Assembly: GCA_902609885.1 (NCBI GenBank)
Contig: CACLTT010000006.1
Coordinates: 6,802-70,801 of the forward strand
From: an uncultured Candidatus Hydrogenedens sp.
Lineage (GTDB): Bacteria; Desulfobacterota_D; UBA1144
Direction: 5' to 3'
DNA: 64,000 nucleotides
In this document: positions 40,734 to 55,000 of the stretch, in pieces
Layout: every line of letters begins with the position of its first letter
Position numbering within the stretch: the first letter of the stretch is position 1
Made by a program: the position numbers and the translations under genes
Notes under the pieces: model-generated
Seen by the model: the letters and a program-made list of their open reading frames with translations, nothing else
Told to the model about the DNA's origin: nothing
Database searches by the model: none

Positions 40734-41615
40734 CTATATACTAGAATAATTGAAAGCCTTATCTTTAGACTTTAACCATTGGTTGTCTATCTTAACTCTT
40801 AAATCTAAATAAACCTTGCAGTTCAAAAAATCTTGAATATCTTCTCTGCTTTCTAAGCCAATTTTTTTTATCATTGACCCTCTTTTACCTAAAATTATTT
40901 GTTTATGTTGTGAGCTTTCAACAATTATATAAGATTGAATGACTATGATTTTTTTCTTATCAATCATTTCTTCAATAACAACAGCAGTTCTGTAAGGAAC
41001 CTCTTTGAATAAGTTTACATATAATTTTTCTCTTATAATTTCAGAAATATAAAATTTTTCGGCTTGGTCAGTATAAATGTCATCTGGAATCAATTTTTCA
41101 TTAAACGGTAAAAAATTATTAATTTCTTTCAGTAATGAATCTATCCCCTGATTTTCAAGTGCACTAATTGGAATAAAGCTTTTTATAAAACTGTAATCAG
41201 TACTAAGCTTGTTAATTAAATTTAGAATTTTACTTTTTTTGATTAGGTCTATTTTATTAATTGCCACTATTGAATTTTTACTTTCAATTTTTCTAAATAG
41301 ATTCTCATCTTCGGGCAAAATCTTCTTAGTAGCGTCAATCAAAAGTAAAATTATATCACCCTCACTAATTGCTTGTAATGAGGATTGAACCATTATCCTA
41401 TTTAAAAATTTATTAGATTTCTGATAACCCGGTGTATCTAAAAATAAAATTTGTGAATCCTGTGAGTTGTATACTCCAAGAATTTTATTTCTAGTCGTAT
41501 TTGGCTTATCACTAACTGCTGATATTCTCTTATCCGTCAAAAGATTTATCAGTGTAGATTTTCCTGTATTTGGCTTACCTATAATTGATACTGTTCCAGA
41601 CTTAAATTCCTTCAT
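40734..41615 (-). CDS. era: GTPase Era
   Basis: 293 aa. G1 GKPNTGKST, G3 DTPG, G4 NKID, and a C-terminal KH domain. Confidence 0.9.
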   Translation of the reverse strand: MKEFKSGTVSIIGKPNTGKSTLINLLTDKRISAVSDKPNTTRNKILGVYNSQDSQILFLDTPGYQKSNKFLNRIMVQSSLQAISEGDIILLLIDATKKILPEDENLFRKIESKNSIVAINKIDLIKKSKILNLINKLSTDYSFIKSFIPISALENQGIDSLLKEINNFLPFNEKLIPDDIYTDQAEKFYISEIIREKLYVNLFKEVPYRTAVVIEEMIDKKKIIVIQSYIIVESSQHKQIILGKRGSMIKKIGLESREDIQDFLNCKVYLDLRVKIDNQWLKSKDKAFNYSSI

Positions 41616-41679
41616 AAGATATAGATTATACTCTTTTCTTGTAGTGTTTAATAAATAAAGTTAAGATTTATTTCCAATA

Positions 41680-43440
41680 ATGAAGACAAGTATCAGAACA
41701 TCGTATTGTGCAAATGTGGATGAGAGTGCTCAGAATCAAAAAGTCACTTTGACTGGATGGGCGTCAACTATAAGAGATCATGGTGGTATTATATTTATTG
41801 ATCTAAGAGACCGAACTGGAATAGTCCAAATAGTATCAGATCCAATAAACTTTAAAGAGACACATAATCTTTTAGAAGAAGTAAAAAACGAATATGTACT
41901 TAAAGTTTCAGGAACAGTCAGATTAAGATCGGAAGAAAGTATAAATAGTAATATTTCAACTGGAAAAATCGAAATTCTCGCTGAAAACATCGAAGTTTTG
42001 AATACATGCATACCTATACCTTTTCAAATTCAGGATGAAATTGAAACAGATGAAAATATCAGACTAAAGTTTAGGTATTTAGATTTAAGAAGGCCTAGGA
42101 TGAATAAAATTTTTCTTATTAGAAGTGAAACAATGAAAATAACTAGAGATTTTTTTGATCAAGATAGATTTATAGAAGTTGAAACACCTTATTTAACAAA
42201 ATCAACACCAGAAGGTGCAAGGGATTACTTAGTACCTAGTAGAATTTATCAAAATCATTTTTTTGCTTTACCTCAATCACCCCAAATACTTAAACAAATC
42301 CTAATGACATCAGGTTTTGATAGATATTATCAAATTGTTAGGTGTTTTAGAGATGAAGATCTCAGATCTGACAGGCAGCCAGAGTTTACTCAAATAGATT
42401 TTGAAATGTCTTTCGTTAGCGAAGAAGATATAATTGAATTTACTGAGAATTTATTAAAAAAAATATTTAATAAAATTTTAAATATAGAATTTGATTCTAA
42501 TTTTGAAAGAATTACTTACCAAGAATCAATGGAAAGATTTGGAAATGACAGGCCTGACATGAGGTTTGACTTAGAGCTTAAAGATATTACTAATTTATTT
42601 AAAGAAACAAATTTTAAAGTTTTTAATCAAGTAGTCGAAGCTGGCGGAATAATAAAAGCTTTAAAAGTTGAAAAATCTACATTGTCTCGTAAAGACATAG
42701 ATGAGCTTACTGTATTTGCTCAAGAAAATGGGGCTAAAGGTCTTGCATGGATTAAGGTAAACGAAGATGGCTTGCAATCACCTATTATAAAATTCTTCAG
42801 TGATGATGAGCTGAAAAATATTAAAAAAGAAATGAATCTTAATACAAATGATATTATATTTTTTGGTGCGGGCTTTGAGGACGAAGTAAATAAGTATCTT
42901 TCTGCAGTTAGGCTTAAACTTGGAAAAGATTTGAACTTAATCAAAAATGACGAATTTAAATTTGTTTGGGTAACAGATTTTCCACTTTTCATTAAAGAGG
43001 GTCAAAATCTCAACTCTGTTCATCATCCTTTCACTATGCCTAAAGATGAAATAAATAGTACAAATATTTTAAGTGTTAGATCATGTGCTTATGATATAGT
43101 TTTGAACGGTACAGAGCTTGGTGGTGGAAGCCTTAGAATTCATAAAAGAGATTTACAAGAAAAAATATTTGATTTGCTTAAAATTTCTAAGGATGAATCA
43201 AAAGATAATTTTGGATTCCTATTAGATGCCTTGGATAGTGGAACTCCACCACACGGTGGTTTAGCTTTAGGACTAGACAGAATATTAATGTTTCTAACAA
43301 ATTCTGATTCTATTAGAGATGTTATTGCTTTTCCTAAAACACAGAAATCTTCCTGCTTATTAACCAATGCACCATCAAAAGTCTTTTCAGAAAAACAACT
43401 TTTAGAGTTAGGAATTGAGCTTATTGAATCTGAGGATTGA
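41680..43440 (+). CDS. aspS: aspartate--tRNA ligase
   Basis: 586 aa, bacterial type with the GAD insertion. Class II motifs FRDEDLR and GGGSLRIH. Confidence 0.92.
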   Translation: MKTSIRTSYCANVDESAQNQKVTLTGWASTIRDHGGIIFIDLRDRTGIVQIVSDPINFKETHNLLEEVKNEYVLKVSGTVRLRSEESINSNISTGKIEILAENIEVLNTCIPIPFQIQDEIETDENIRLKFRYLDLRRPRMNKIFLIRSETMKITRDFFDQDRFIEVETPYLTKSTPEGARDYLVPSRIYQNHFFALPQSPQILKQILMTSGFDRYYQIVRCFRDEDLRSDRQPEFTQIDFEMSFVSEEDIIEFTENLLKKIFNKILNIEFDSNFERITYQESMERFGNDRPDMRFDLELKDITNLFKETNFKVFNQVVEAGGIIKALKVEKSTLSRKDIDELTVFAQENGAKGLAWIKVNEDGLQSPIIKFFSDDELKNIKKEMNLNTNDIIFFGAGFEDEVNKYLSAVRLKLGKDLNLIKNDEFKFVWVTDFPLFIKEGQNLNSVHHPFTMPKDEINSTNILSVRSCAYDIVLNGTELGGGSLRIHKRDLQEKIFDLLKISKDESKDNFGFLLDALDSGTPPHGGLALGLDRILMFLTNSDSIRDVIAFPKTQKSSCLLTNAPSKVFSEKQLLELGIELIESED

Positions 43441-44713
43441 TAATTTTCCCAAGAACTTTATTATCCTCAACCCTATTAATCAATACTTTTCCTATATCGC
43501 CGGGATTATAAATTTTAGATTCAATTGTAACATCTATATAATTATTTGTTCTAATTTTATTATTCTTTTCTTTGATTCCGACTAGCTCTTTTCCAATAAA
43601 ACGAGAGGCAAAATTATTCTTCATATCTAAGCTTAATGATCTAAGTATTTTTGATCTATTTTTCTTTTGTTGATCAGTAATTTTATCATTTCTTATTGAA
43701 GCCTTTGTTCCTTTTCTATCTGAATAGGGAAAAACATGAAGATAATTGAGTTCTGAATTTTTTATATAATTAAATGTTTTTTCAAACAATATGTTTGTTT
43801 CTCCAGGAAAACCTGTGATTACATCTGTTCCTATACATGCATCGGACATTTTATTCCTTATATATTTAATTAAATCATCAAAAATATTTATCTTATATCT
43901 TCTCTTCATATCTTTTAATATTTCATCTGTTGCGCTCTGAAGTGAAATATGAAATGATGGGCAAACTTTCTTAGACTCACAAATAAAATTAATAAAGTCT
44001 AAACTTGTATCAGCTGGGTCAATTGAGCTCAATCTAATATTTGGTATGTCAGTATCTGATTCAATTATAGTTAATAATTTCATCAAAGAGGTGCCCAATT
44101 CTTTACCAAAGCTTGAGAGATGAATGCCTGTCAAAACAACTTCATTGAAACCAGAGGCATATAGTTCATTTATCTTTTTAATTACTTCATTGACTTTCAT
44201 GCTCCTAGACCTGCCCCTAGCAAATGGGATAATACAGAAAGAGCACCTGAAATTGCAGCCATCTTGTATTTTAAGGAAAGCTCTAGACCTATCCTCTTTG
44301 AGATTATTGTAGTTATCATCAAAAGTTTTTATATCAAATATATTTGAGACTATTTCATTTTGATAATTATCAGGCTCTTTTATTACTTTTGGAATTAAGT
44401 ATTTATTAGCATTATCAACTATTAGATCTACATTTTTCAGCTTAATAAGTCTTTCTGGTGATGTTTGAGCTAGGCACCCAGTGACGAGGACTTTTATTGT
44501 TGGATTTATTTTTTTTATTCTTTTTAAATCTTTAAAAAATTGATTATCAGTATTATCTGTAACAGTACATGTGTTAATTATGCAAAAATCACTTAAAGAA
44601 ATATCATCTATTACGGTAAAATTTTCTGGCAAGTTAGAAATTATTTTATCTGTATCAAATTGATTTACTTTACATCCATAGGTTATAAAGCTTACAAACC
44701 TATTAGGTCTCAT
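43421..44713 (-). CDS. mtaB: radical SAM methylthiotransferase, MtaB-like (tRNA ms2t6A synthesis)
   Basis: 430 aa. N-terminal MTTase domain (YGCKVNQFD), radical [11 protein letters not shown] (CxxxCxxC), and a C-terminal TRAM-like segment. Confidence 0.75.
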   Translation of the reverse strand: MRPNRFVSFITYGCKVNQFDTDKIISNLPENFTVIDDISLSDFCIINTCTVTDNTDNQFFKDLKRIKKINPTIKVLVTGCLAQTSPERLIKLKNVDLIVDNANKYLIPKVIKEPDNYQNEIVSNIFDIKTFDDNYNNLKEDRSRAFLKIQDGCNFRCSFCIIPFARGRSRSMKVNEVIKKINELYASGFNEVVLTGIHLSSFGKELGTSLMKLLTIIESDTDIPNIRLSSIDPADTSLDFINFICESKKVCPSFHISLQSATDEILKDMKRRYKINIFDDLIKYIRNKMSDACIGTDVITGFPGETNILFEKTFNYIKNSELNYLHVFPYSDRKGTKASIRNDKITDQQKKNRSKILRSLSLDMKNNFASRFIGKELVGIKEKNNKIRTNNYIDVTIESKIYNPGDIGKVLINRVEDNKVLGKIINPQIQ

Positions 44714-45773
44714 TTATCCAGCCCCCACCTATAACTTTTTCTCCAGAATAGAAAACTATGGCTTGACCAGGAGTTAAAGCTCTTTGAACTTTGGAGAATT
44801 TAACTTTTATCACTTCATCATTAATAAAATTTATATCTACTGGAGTTTCAGGACTTCTATATCTTACTTTTGCTTTAACATCCATATTTTTTAAATTATT
44901 AATATCTACGGACCAGTTTAAATTTGTTGCATATAAAGTATCAGAATATAAGTCTTTTTCATCACCAATAATGACTTCAAATTCTTTAAAATTAATTGAA
45001 ATTACATATTTTGCAGTTTTAGAATCAATTCCTAATTTCTTTCTTTGGCCAATTGTAAAATTATGAATTCCATCATGTTCACCCAGGATTTTTCCTTCTA
45101 AGTTTTTTATAAATCCTTTCTTTGGTTCTTGATAATTAGAGTTGTGCTCGATAAATTTTCGATAATCCTTAGCTATAAAGCATACATCTTGACTTTCCTT
45201 TTTTGAAGCTACCGATAAATCAAATCCCTCTGAAATTTCTCTGACCTTTGATTTGGTAAACTCACCAAGGGGGAAAAGTAATTTTGATAGCTCTTTGTTA
45301 CCTAAGGTAAATAAAAAATATGATTGATCTTTAAATTTATCTATACCCTTTTCTAAGAAATAATTATCATTATTATCTTTTGAAATTTTTGCGTAATGTC
45401 CTGTAGCTAAATAATCCGCACCAAGTTCTAAAGATTTCTTTAAAAGAAAATCAAACTTCATATATTCATTACACATTATGCATGGATTAGGAGTTTGACC
45501 GTTGTAATATTTATTTATAAAATCATTTACAACATATTTCTGAAAATCATCTTTGTAATTTACAACATGGTGTTTAATACCAATTTGATTAGCGGCTTGT
45601 CTAGCATCAAAAACATCATTTAATGAGCAACAACCTGTTTCACCATCAGCATAATCCCATAATTGCATTGTTATTCCTGAAACTTCATATCCTTGTTCCA
45701 TTAATAAAGCTGCAGTTGTTGAGCTATCAACACCTCCGCTCATTGCGACAATAATTTTTTTTCTCACTGACAT
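44703..45773 (-). CDS. mnmA: tRNA-specific 2-thiouridylase MnmA
   Basis: 356 aa. The PP-loop SGGVDSS and conserved catalytic Cys residues are present. Confidence 0.9.
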   Translation of the reverse strand: MSVRKKIIVAMSGGVDSSTTAALLMEQGYEVSGITMQLWDYADGETGCCSLNDVFDARQAANQIGIKHHVVNYKDDFQKYVVNDFINKYYNGQTPNPCIMCNEYMKFDFLLKKSLELGADYLATGHYAKISKDNNDNYFLEKGIDKFKDQSYFLFTLGNKELSKLLFPLGEFTKSKVREISEGFDLSVASKKESQDVCFIAKDYRKFIEHNSNYQEPKKGFIKNLEGKILGEHDGIHNFTIGQRKKLGIDSKTAKYVISINFKEFEVIIGDEKDLYSDTLYATNLNWSVDINNLKNMDVKAKVRYRSPETPVDINFINDEVIKVKFSKVQRALTPGQAIVFYSGEKVIGGGWINET

Positions 45774-45846
45774 AACTTTACCAGATTGATTTTATTTTTT
45801 GAAAGATGATTATCTATATTTATTTATGTATTATTAAATCATTCCT

Positions 45847-48039
45847 ATGAAGAATCTCTCTTTTGCGCTTGAAAATGGTTTAACAAAAAAAGAATATGAA
45901 TTAATAGTTACCAAAATAAAAAGAGAGCCAAACCATAATGAGATTGGTGTTATAGCAGCAATGTGGTCTGAGCATTGTTCATATAAAAGTTCAAAATATT
46001 ATTTAAAAAAACTTCCTACAAAAGGTAAGCATATAATTCAAGGACCTGGAGAAAATGCTGGAATTATAGACATAGGTAATAATCAGTGTGCTGTTTTTAA
46101 AATTGAAAGTCACAATCATCCATCTTTCATCGAGCCTTATCAGGGTGCAGCTACAGGAGTGGGAGGTATTTTACGAGATGTTTTCACTATGGGGGCACGC
46201 CCAGTTGCGCTTATGAATTCATTGAGATTTGGCAATCCTAAAAATAAAATTACAAAAAGTTTGGTCAATGGAGTAGTCGCTGGTATAGCGGGATATGGAA
46301 ATTGTATGGGTATTCCTACTGTTGGGGGTGAGGTTTATTTTGATGAATCCTATAATGGAAATCCTTTAGTTAATGCATTCGCATTAGGTATAACAACAAA
46401 AAATAAAATTTTTAAAGGAAGGGCAGATGGCCCAGGTAATCCAGTTTTTTATTTAGGTGCAAAGACTGGAAAGGATGGAGTAAAAGGTGCAATAATGGCA
46501 TCTGATGTATTTGAGGATGACAAGAACCTTGAAAGACCCGCAGTACAAATTGGTGATCCATTCAAAGAAAAACTTTTATTAGAAGCATGTCTAGAACTCT
46601 TTGAACAGAAAGGTATTATAGGGATTCAGGATATGGGTGCAGCTGGACTAACTTCCTCTGCGTCCGAAATGGCTAGTAGATCAGGTAATGGAATCCTGCT
46701 TGATCTTGATAAAGTGCCAAAAAGAGATTTAAGTATAAATGCATACGAAATGTTATTGTCAGAATCTCAAGAAAGAATGTTGCTAGTATTAAGAAAGAAA
46801 TCAGAAAAAAAAATAAACAGAATTTTTTCAAAATGGGGTCTTGACTCAAAAAAAATTGGGAATGTTATAAAAGAAAAAAAATTTATTGTTAAATATAAAA
46901 AAGAAATAGTTGTAGATTTACCTGTATCAATACTAACTGATGATTGCCCTATTTATAAAAGACCAGTTAAAAGTCCTAAAAGTTATAAGATTAAAAATAT
47001 TATCTTTAAAAAGAATGAACTAAACCAAAAAGATCTTAGAATAATTTTAAAAAAGATTATAAGAGACCCAAATATTTGTTCTAGGAAATGGGTTTATGAA
47101 CAATATGATCATATGGTTGGAACAGATACAATCATTAGGCCTGGATCAGACTCTGCAGTAATTAGGATAAAAAATAGTAAAAGAGCTCTTTGTCTTACAA
47201 CAAATTGTAATTCAGGATATTGTTTATTAAGTCCTTCTATAGGTGCAGCAATTGCCGTAGCGGAATCTACTAGAAATATAATTGCATCTGGGGGAAAACC
47301 TCTAGCTATTACAAATTGTTTAAATTTTGGAAATCCAGAAAATAAAGAAATTATGTGGCAATTTTCAAAAAGCATTGAGGGCATGTCTAAGGCTTGTAAT
47401 AATTTCAATACACCTGTAGTTAGCGGAAATGTAAGTTTATACAACGAAAATGCGAAAGACTCAATTAAGCCAACACCTGTAATAAGTATGGTTGGGATTT
47501 TAGATGATATTAAATTTTGTAGAGATCAATTTTTCAAAAATGATGGTGATGAAATTTATTTAGTAGGAAAAATTGGGAATGATTTTGGCAACTCAATTTT
47601 ATCAAAATATTATAAAAGAATTAAAGATATTAATAGCGCGCCAGATTTAAATCTTAAAAAACATAAAGAAATAAATAATTTTATTTATAAAATCAATAGA
47701 AAGCTTCATATAAGTTCAATACATGATATTTCTGAAGGAGGGATTGCGATAGCTTTACTGGAGTCTTGCTTTGGGCCCAACTTATCTATTGGTGCAAAAG
47801 TTGATCTGTCTCCTTTAAAATTTAAATCCAATTTACAGATTTTCTCTGAGTCACAAGGTTGTTATATTATAAGTTGCGATACAAATAACGGTAAGAAGTT
47901 ATTAAAATCAGCAGAATCAAGTAAAGTTTATGCTAAAAAGATTGGGGAGGTATCAAATAATAATCTTTATATAAAAGATTATTTTAATGTTAAGATTGAT
48001 ACTATTCATAAATTATGGAGTAGTTCTTTTCCAAAATGA
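45847..48039 (+). CDS. purL: phosphoribosylformylglycinamidine synthase subunit PurL (small PurL)
   Basis: 730 aa with duplicated AIR-synthase-like domains ([15 protein letters not shown]). Confidence 0.9.
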   Translation: MKNLSFALENGLTKKEYELIVTKIKREPNHNEIGVIAAMWSEHCSYKSSKYYLKKLPTKGKHIIQGPGENAGIIDIGNNQCAVFKIESHNHPSFIEPYQGAATGVGGILRDVFTMGARPVALMNSLRFGNPKNKITKSLVNGVVAGIAGYGNCMGIPTVGGEVYFDESYNGNPLVNAFALGITTKNKIFKGRADGPGNPVFYLGAKTGKDGVKGAIMASDVFEDDKNLERPAVQIGDPFKEKLLLEACLELFEQKGIIGIQDMGAAGLTSSASEMASRSGNGILLDLDKVPKRDLSINAYEMLLSESQERMLLVLRKKSEKKINRIFSKWGLDSKKIGNVIKEKKFIVKYKKEIVVDLPVSILTDDCPIYKRPVKSPKSYKIKNIIFKKNELNQKDLRIILKKIIRDPNICSRKWVYEQYDHMVGTDTIIRPGSDSAVIRIKNSKRALCLTTNCNSGYCLLSPSIGAAIAVAESTRNIIASGGKPLAITNCLNFGNPENKEIMWQFSKSIEGMSKACNNFNTPVVSGNVSLYNENAKDSIKPTPVISMVGILDDIKFCRDQFFKNDGDEIYLVGKIGNDFGNSILSKYYKRIKDINSAPDLNLKKHKEINNFIYKINRKLHISSIHDISEGGIAIALLESCFGPNLSIGAKVDLSPLKFKSNLQIFSESQGCYIISCDTNNGKKLLKSAESSKVYAKKIGEVSNNNLYIKDYFNVKIDTIHKLWSSSFPK

Positions 48040-49415
48040 TCATTAATGATAAATTAATCGAGGAATGTGGTGTCTTTGGTATTTTTAATTCAAAAGAAGC
48101 TGCAGTATTAACAACGTTAGGTCTTCACGCTTTACAGCATAGAGGTAAAGAGGGTGCAGGAATTGTAACTTTTGATGGAAAAAATTTTAATGGTGTAAGA
48201 GCTCAGGGCTTAGTAAGTAATACTTTTAATAAAAAAGAAACAATTGCCCAGTTACCGGGTAAAAATGCTGTTGGTCATGTTAGATATTCTACGCAGGGAG
48301 AATCAATTGAAAAAAACATTCAACCACTATTTGCAGATCTGGCTGCTGGGGGTTTTGCCTGTGCACATAATGGAAACCTAATAAATGCTATGGAAATAAG
48401 AAAAGAGCTAATCGCTAAAGGAGCAATTTTTCAGACAACCTCTGATACTGAGACAATTTTACAATTAGTTGCCTTATCCAGAAAAAAATTATTAAAAGAT
48501 AAACTGATAGATGCTTTAAAAAAGATAAGAGGCGCCTACTCTTTAGTAATTTTAACTAACAAGAAACTAATTGGGGTTAGAGATCAATTTGGAATCAGAC
48601 CTTTAGTTTTAGGTATCAAAGATGGATCCTATGTACTTGCATCTGAAACTTCAGCTTTAAATATTATTGGAGCCGAATATGTAAGAGATGTAAAAAATGG
48701 AGAAATTGTAATAATTACTAAAGATGGGATACAAAGTTTAAAACCCTTTGTAAGAAGAAAGGAGCGCCCATGTATTTTTGAAAGAATATATTTTGCCAGA
48801 CCTGATAGTATGATCAGTGGAAAAACTGTTTATACATATAGAAAAAAATTAGGAGAACAATTAGCATTAGAAAATAAGATAAAAGCAGATGTTGTTGTAC
48901 CGGTACTCGACTCAGGTGTTTCAGCAGCGTTAGGTTATGCTCAAATATCTAAAATTCCATTTGAGCTTGGGCTTATCAGAAGTCATTATGTTGGTCGTAC
49001 TTTTATTGAGCCAACTCAAAACATTAGGCAGTTTGGAGTAAAGCTTAAACATAGTGTAAATAAATCTTGTATTTATAATAAAAGGGTTATATTGATTGAT
49101 GACTCAATTGTAAGAGGAACAACTGCTAAAAAAATAGTCAAAGAATTATTTGATTCAGGTGCAAAGGAAGTTCATTTGGGAATAGGATGCCCTCCAATCA
49201 CTCACCCGGACTTTTATGGAATTGATACTCCTAGTCATGAGGAGCTTATAGCATCAAGCAAAAATATAAAAGAGATGGCAAAAATAATTGGAGTAAATTC
49301 ATTATTCTTTTTAAGCTTAGATGGTACATATAAAGCAATGGGATATAAAAAAAGGAATGCTAAGTCGCCTCAGTTCACAGATCATTGTTTTACGGGTGAG
49401 TATCCGGTTAAATAG
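48036..49415 (+). CDS. purF: amidophosphoribosyltransferase
   Basis: 459 aa. The N-terminal propeptide precedes the nucleophile Cys (EECGVFGI). A PRTase motif and a C-terminal CFTGEYP Fe-S-type motif are present. Confidence 0.9.
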   Translation: MIINDKLIEECGVFGIFNSKEAAVLTTLGLHALQHRGKEGAGIVTFDGKNFNGVRAQGLVSNTFNKKETIAQLPGKNAVGHVRYSTQGESIEKNIQPLFADLAAGGFACAHNGNLINAMEIRKELIAKGAIFQTTSDTETILQLVALSRKKLLKDKLIDALKKIRGAYSLVILTNKKLIGVRDQFGIRPLVLGIKDGSYVLASETSALNIIGAEYVRDVKNGEIVIITKDGIQSLKPFVRRKERPCIFERIYFARPDSMISGKTVYTYRKKLGEQLALENKIKADVVVPVLDSGVSAALGYAQISKIPFELGLIRSHYVGRTFIEPTQNIRQFGVKLKHSVNKSCIYNKRVILIDDSIVRGTTAKKIVKELFDSGAKEVHLGIGCPPITHPDFYGIDTPSHEELIASSKNIKEMAKIIGVNSLFFLSLDGTYKAMGYKKRNAKSPQFTDHCFTGEYPVK

Positions 49416-52034
49416 CTAATCAAGCTGGTTTAAAATATTTTCAATATTTTCTTTACTAATCTCAGATTCACTATATATTCTCTTTTCTCTCTCAATAACT
49501 TCCTTAGGGGCAGAATCGAGAAATTTTGGATTTTTTAATTTATTAGCAACTCTTTCTAAATCCTTATTTATAGCTCCTAAATCTTTCGAAAGCTTATTTT
49601 TTTGTGAAAGAATATCCATATCATTAGTTTTTCTAATAGAAATTTTAAAATATTTTGAAACTGTAGTAATAAACATTTTGTCATCCATATCATGATGTTT
49701 GATAGAATTTATATTTAGCAGCTTAGAGATTAAATCATTATTTGTAATAATGAATTCATAATATTTATTATTTTTTTCTATATATATATCAATTTTATAG
49801 GCCGGGGGAATAGAAAGATTTTTTCTAAAAGATCTAACTCCAACAACAAAATCTTGTAATAGGTTAAAATTGATTTTATCAATACTTTCAAAATTATATT
49901 TATTTTTTTCGGGCAATTCCTTTTTTCTATCTGATTTGTTTATCTGACTTAATAGCTCTGATGAAATAAAAGGACAGAATGGAAACAATAGTAAAATAAA
50001 ATCATGGAAAATATTTAATAATATTTCTTTTGTATTCTTATTTTCGTTACTTAAAAAAGAAATTTTTGAAATTTCAATATACCAATCACAGTAATCATCC
50101 CAGAAGAATTTATAGATTTCAGTAGCCGATTTTTCAATTTCACAATTTTCGATGTATTTCTCATATTTGCTTAGCAAGTCACTAAATTTTGAAATAATCC
50201 AAAAATCATAAAAGGTTTGGGGTTTCAATTGTTTTTTAATTTCATATCCATCGGAGTTAATTTTTACAAAATTGTAAGCATTCCAAATTTTATTCATAAA
50301 ATTTTTATATGAATCTAAGGAATTTTTTCCAATTTTAATGTCATTATGTGGGGATAAGTTTGATGAAAGATAAAATCTCAATGAATCTGTGCCATGTTGA
50401 TCAATTAGTTCTAAGGGATCAACAACATTACCTTTTGTCTTACTCATTTTATCCCCTTTTTGATCTCTTATAAGATTATGGATATATACAACTTTAAAAG
50501 GAATTTTTTTCGTTAATTTGATTGACATCATAATCATTCTTGCAACCCAGAAAAAAATAATATCAAAACCTGTAACTAAAATTGATGTTGGAAAAAAATT
50601 CGAATATTTTTCATTATTTTTTGGCCAACCTAAAGTTGAAAAGGGCCATAAACCTGAGGAAAACCATGTATCTAAAACGTCTGTTTCACGAACAAAATTA
50701 TCTGGCATTTTATTATATTTTTTTTGATATTCTAACAAAGCTTCTTTTTCGTCTTGAGCAGCGACTGAAAAATTATTACTACATGTCCATACCGGTATTT
50801 TATGACCCCATATAATTTGCCTAGAAATACACCATGGCTTTATGTTTTTCATCCATTCAAAAAAAGTGTTTTCCCAAAATTTTGGTTTAAATTCTATATC
50901 ACCACTCTTTACTGCTTTAATTGATTCCTTAGCCATATCTTTTACATCTAGGAACCACTGATATTTAAGTAACGGCTCAATTATAGCTGATGACCTATCA
51001 CCTTTAGGAGTGTTGTTAGTCACTTTCTCACTACCTTCATAAATATCTTTTTCTTTCATAAAAGTCAGTATTTTGTCTCTGGCTTCAATTGTTGATAGTC
51101 CTTTAAAGTTAACTGGAACATTATTATTTAAAGTGCCATCATCATTTAGAATATTTATCATTTCTAGTCCATGCTTTTTTGCTATTTCAAAATCATTAAA
51201 ATCGTGTCCAGGAGTTATCTTTACAGCTCCAGAGCCTTTACCTATATCGGCATAATCATCGCTAATTATTGGAATTTTTTTATCATTAAATATATTAAGA
51301 ACTTTTTTTCCTACCATGTGCGAGTATCTTTCATCATTTGGATTAACAGCAATAGCAGTGTCTCCGAATGCTGTCTCTGGTCTAGTAGTTGACACAATGA
51401 TACATTCATCAGAATCCTCTAAAAAATATTTAAAAGAATAAAGGTATGCTTTAGTTTCAACAGAAATAACCTCTAAATCTGAAATTGCAGTTTTCAAGAC
51501 TGGATCCCAATTGACTAAAGTCTTTTCCTTATAAATTAATCCTTCATTGAATAAATCTATAAATGCTTTATTAACAGCATTACTCATATCTTCATCAAGA
51601 GTGAACTTTTTATCATCCCAATCACAGCTCAATCCTAAAATTTTTAATTGGTTAATAATTTGATCACCATTTGTATTTTTCCATTTCCAAATTTCTTTTA
51701 TCAATTCATCATTTGAGAGTTTTTTTAAATTTATACCTTTTTTTTCTAATGATTTTTCTACAAGTAATTGAGTAGCAATACCAGCATGATCGGTACCAGG
51801 TGTCCAGTGAACATTAAATCCTTTAAGATAATAATATTTAACTAATATATCTTGAACTGTGGAATTTAGTGCATGGCCTAAGTGCAAACTGCCTGTAACA
51901 TTTGGTGGTGGAATTGCCAAAGAGAAAACTTTTTTTGAAACATCAAAACTTTTACTAATGGATAAAGAATCTATCCATTTTTCTTCAATTTCGTTTGAAT
52001 CATAAGTTTTAAAACTTTCAGTAGGTTTCATCAA
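49416..52034 (-). CDS. valS: valine--tRNA ligase
   Basis: 872 aa. HIGH-type [19 protein letters not shown], and a C-terminal coiled coil. Confidence 0.92.
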   Translation of the reverse strand: MMKPTESFKTYDSNEIEEKWIDSLSISKSFDVSKKVFSLAIPPPNVTGSLHLGHALNSTVQDILVKYYYLKGFNVHWTPGTDHAGIATQLLVEKSLEKKGINLKKLSNDELIKEIWKWKNTNGDQIINQLKILGLSCDWDDKKFTLDEDMSNAVNKAFIDLFNEGLIYKEKTLVNWDPVLKTAISDLEVISVETKAYLYSFKYFLEDSDECIIVSTTRPETAFGDTAIAVNPNDERYSHMVGKKVLNIFNDKKIPIISDDYADIGKGSGAVKITPGHDFNDFEIAKKHGLEMINILNDDGTLNNNVPVNFKGLSTIEARDKILTFMKEKDIYEGSEKVTNNTPKGDRSSAIIEPLLKYQWFLDVKDMAKESIKAVKSGDIEFKPKFWENTFFEWMKNIKPWCISRQIIWGHKIPVWTCSNNFSVAAQDEKEALLEYQKKYNKMPDNFVRETDVLDTWFSSGLWPFSTLGWPKNNEKYSNFFPTSILVTGFDIIFFWVARMIMMSIKLTKKIPFKVVYIHNLIRDQKGDKMSKTKGNVVDPLELIDQHGTDSLRFYLSSNLSPHNDIKIGKNSLDSYKNFMNKIWNAYNFVKINSDGYEIKKQLKPQTFYDFWIISKFSDLLSKYEKYIENCEIEKSATEIYKFFWDDYCDWYIEISKISFLSNENKNTKEILLNIFHDFILLLFPFCPFISSELLSQINKSDRKKELPEKNKYNFESIDKINFNLLQDFVVGVRSFRKNLSIPPAYKIDIYIEKNNKYYEFIITNNDLISKLLNINSIKHHDMDDKMFITTVSKYFKISIRKTNDMDILSQKNKLSKDLGAINKDLERVANKLKNPKFLDSAPKEVIEREKRIYSESEISKENIENILNQLD

Positions 52035-55000
52035 ATATTTTCTGTAATGACTGCCTCTGGCACTTCAATCTCTGGAGCATTAATTTCAACATCCGTATCT
52101 GAATAAAGTGGAAGGCCAGTTCCAGCAGGTATAAGTCTACCCATTATTACATTCTCTTTTAATCCAGATAATTCATCAATTTTTCCTTCGCATGACGCAT
52201 CAGTTAAAACTTTTGTAGTCTCTTGGAATGAGGCCGCGGATAACCAACTTTTTGTACTTAATGAAGCCCTTGTTATACCTAACAATAAAGGCTCAGCTTT
52301 AGCAGGCTGTCCTCCCTCAGATAAAACCTGCTTATTAGTTTTGATAAACTCGCTTTTTTCGACGGCTTCTCCAATAAGCAAAGTTGTATCACCACTATCA
52401 GTTATTTTTACTCTCTTTAACATTTGTCTTGTGATAATCTCAATATGCTTGTCATTAATTCTTACACCCTGTAATCTATAAACATCTTGAATCTCATCAA
52501 CAATATATTTTGACAGTTCTTTTTCACCTTTAATTTTTAAAATATCATGAGGATCTGGGGCACCATCTACAATTTGATCTCCAGCTGTAATATTTTCACC
52601 CTCCCTAACTAAAATATGTTTGGACTTAGGAACTAAATATTCTTTGGGATCTCCTACTGATGGTGTAACAATTATTCTTTTTTTCGCTTTAATGTCTTTT
52701 CCGAATGAAACTACTCCTTCAATTTCTGAAACAATAGCTGGATCTTTTGGTGGCCTTGCCTCAAATAATTCAGCAACTCTTGGTAGTCCACCCGTTATAT
52801 CCTTGGTTTGAGCCTTTGTTTGAGGTAGGGATGCAATGAATTCCCCAGGCTCTACTTTTTCACCATCATCTTTTCTAATCTCTGCACCGCCTGGCATAGG
52901 ATATTCAAATCTATCACCAGATTTTGTAACCAATATTAAAGCAGGATTTAATTTTTGGTTTTTAAATTGAATAACTTCTTTATTTGATAAGCCAGTATAT
53001 GGATCAACTGTTTCCTTAAAAGTAACATTGGCTTCTAAATCTTTATATTCAACATGACCTGATTCTTCTGCTACGAATGGAAAAATAGTTGGATCCCATT
53101 CAGCTATTACAGAACCCTTTTTAACTGAATCATTCTCATTAAAATGAATTTTTGCACCAATTGTCAGTGGGTACCTCTCAAGCTCTAAGGACGTACTGGA
53201 ATCCTCTATAACAATTTCAGCAGTTTTGCTGGTACATATGTTAGAATCACCAGATTTAACGTAATTTAGGTCAATAAATTTAATTTTTCCGCTATTTTTT
53301 GCTTCATGCCTAGATTGTTCAATCTTTGCAACTCCACCAATATGGAAAGTTCTCATTGTAAGCTGTGTGCCAGGCTCACCAATAGATTGAGCTGCGATAA
53401 TTCCAACAGCTTCTCCAATATTAACCAATTCGCCACTGGCTAGATTTCTACCATAACACAAAGCACAAACTCCAGTTTCACACTCACAGGTAAGTACTGA
53501 TCTTATTTTAATTTTTGGAGAACCAGGTAGGTCATCAATTCGCTTTGCAGCTGATTCGTCAACTTCTTGATTTCTAGAAAGTATTTTTTCTCCACTTAAA
53601 GGATCAATAACATCTTCAGCGACTATTCTACCTAATGCTCGAGTACCAACACTTGAAACAACCTCTCCTCCCTCAATAAGCTGAGTTAGCTCGACTCCTT
53701 CATTTGTACCACAATCATACTCAGTAACCATTACATCTTGTGCGACATCAACTAAACGTCTCGTCAAATATCCTGCATTTGCCGTTTTTAAAGCTGTATC
53801 GGCAAGACCTTTTCTTGCACCATGAGTAGAAATAAAATATTGAAGAACACTTAAACCTTCTCTGAAATTAGACGTTATCGGAGTCTCTATAATTTCTCCA
53901 GAGGGCTTGGCCATAAGGCCACGCATACCAGCAAGCTGGCGAACTTGAGATTGACTTCCTCTTGCACCTGATTCTACCATCATGAAAATAGGATTACTAC
54001 TAGGAGATGCATCTGATTTTCCATTATTTGATGTTTCTGATGAGGCTATTCTTTCCATAAGGAAGTTTGCAATTTCGTCTCCTGTTCGAGCCCATACATC
54101 TATAACTTTATTGTAACGCTCTCCTTCGGTTATTAAACCTTGAAGATACTGATCTTTAACATTGTTAACTTCATCTTCGGCTTTTTGTATTAATTCATTT
54201 TTTTCATCTGGAATAATCATGTCCGCAATTGAAACGGATATACCAGATGTTGTAGAGTGTTGAAAACCAAGGGTTCTAAGTCTATCAGCTAAAAGCACGG
54301 TACTTTTGCCACCTGATATTCTAAATGTTGAATCAATAAGTTCTTCAATTGCTTTTTTAGTCATAAGTCTATTGACTAGTTCAAATGGAACTTCATCGGG
54401 CATAACTTCAAAAATTAACGCCCTTCCTACAGTAGTATTCTCTACTTTTCCATTAATATTAATTTTAATTTTTGCATGGATATGAACATTACCAAGATCA
54501 AAAGCACTTCTTAATTCATCAATGGATGAGAAAATTTTACCCTCGCCTTTTACACCAGGAACCTCCCTGCTTATATAATAAATTCCCAATACAATATCTT
54601 GGGACGGAAGTATTATTGGTTTTCCATGAGCAGGAGAAAGAATGTTATTGGTGGACATAATAAGGGTACGACATTCAGTTTGAGCCTCTACCGATAAAGG
54701 AACATGAACAGCCATCTGATCACCATCAAAATCTGCATTAAAAGCTGGGCAAACTAGTGGATGAAGCTGAATAGCCTTATCTTCTACCAAAACTGGCTCA
54801 AAAGCTTGTACGCTGAGCCTATGAAGAGTCGGAGCTCTATTTAACATAACGGGATGTTCTTTAATAACATCATCTAATGCATCCCAAACAATCGGGGCTT
54901 GTTGTTCAACTAAGTTTTTTGCTATTTTAATTGTCGCTGCATGGCCCCATAATTCAAGTTTTTGATAAATGAATGGCCTAAAGAGTTCTAATGCCATTTT

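Noticed and set aside
41467-43367. Antisense ORFs within era/aspS (41467..41658, 41778..42011, 42720..42992, 43140..43367)
   Set aside because: They are embedded in conserved GTPase and aminoacyl-tRNA synthetase genes, with no SD and low-complexity translations.
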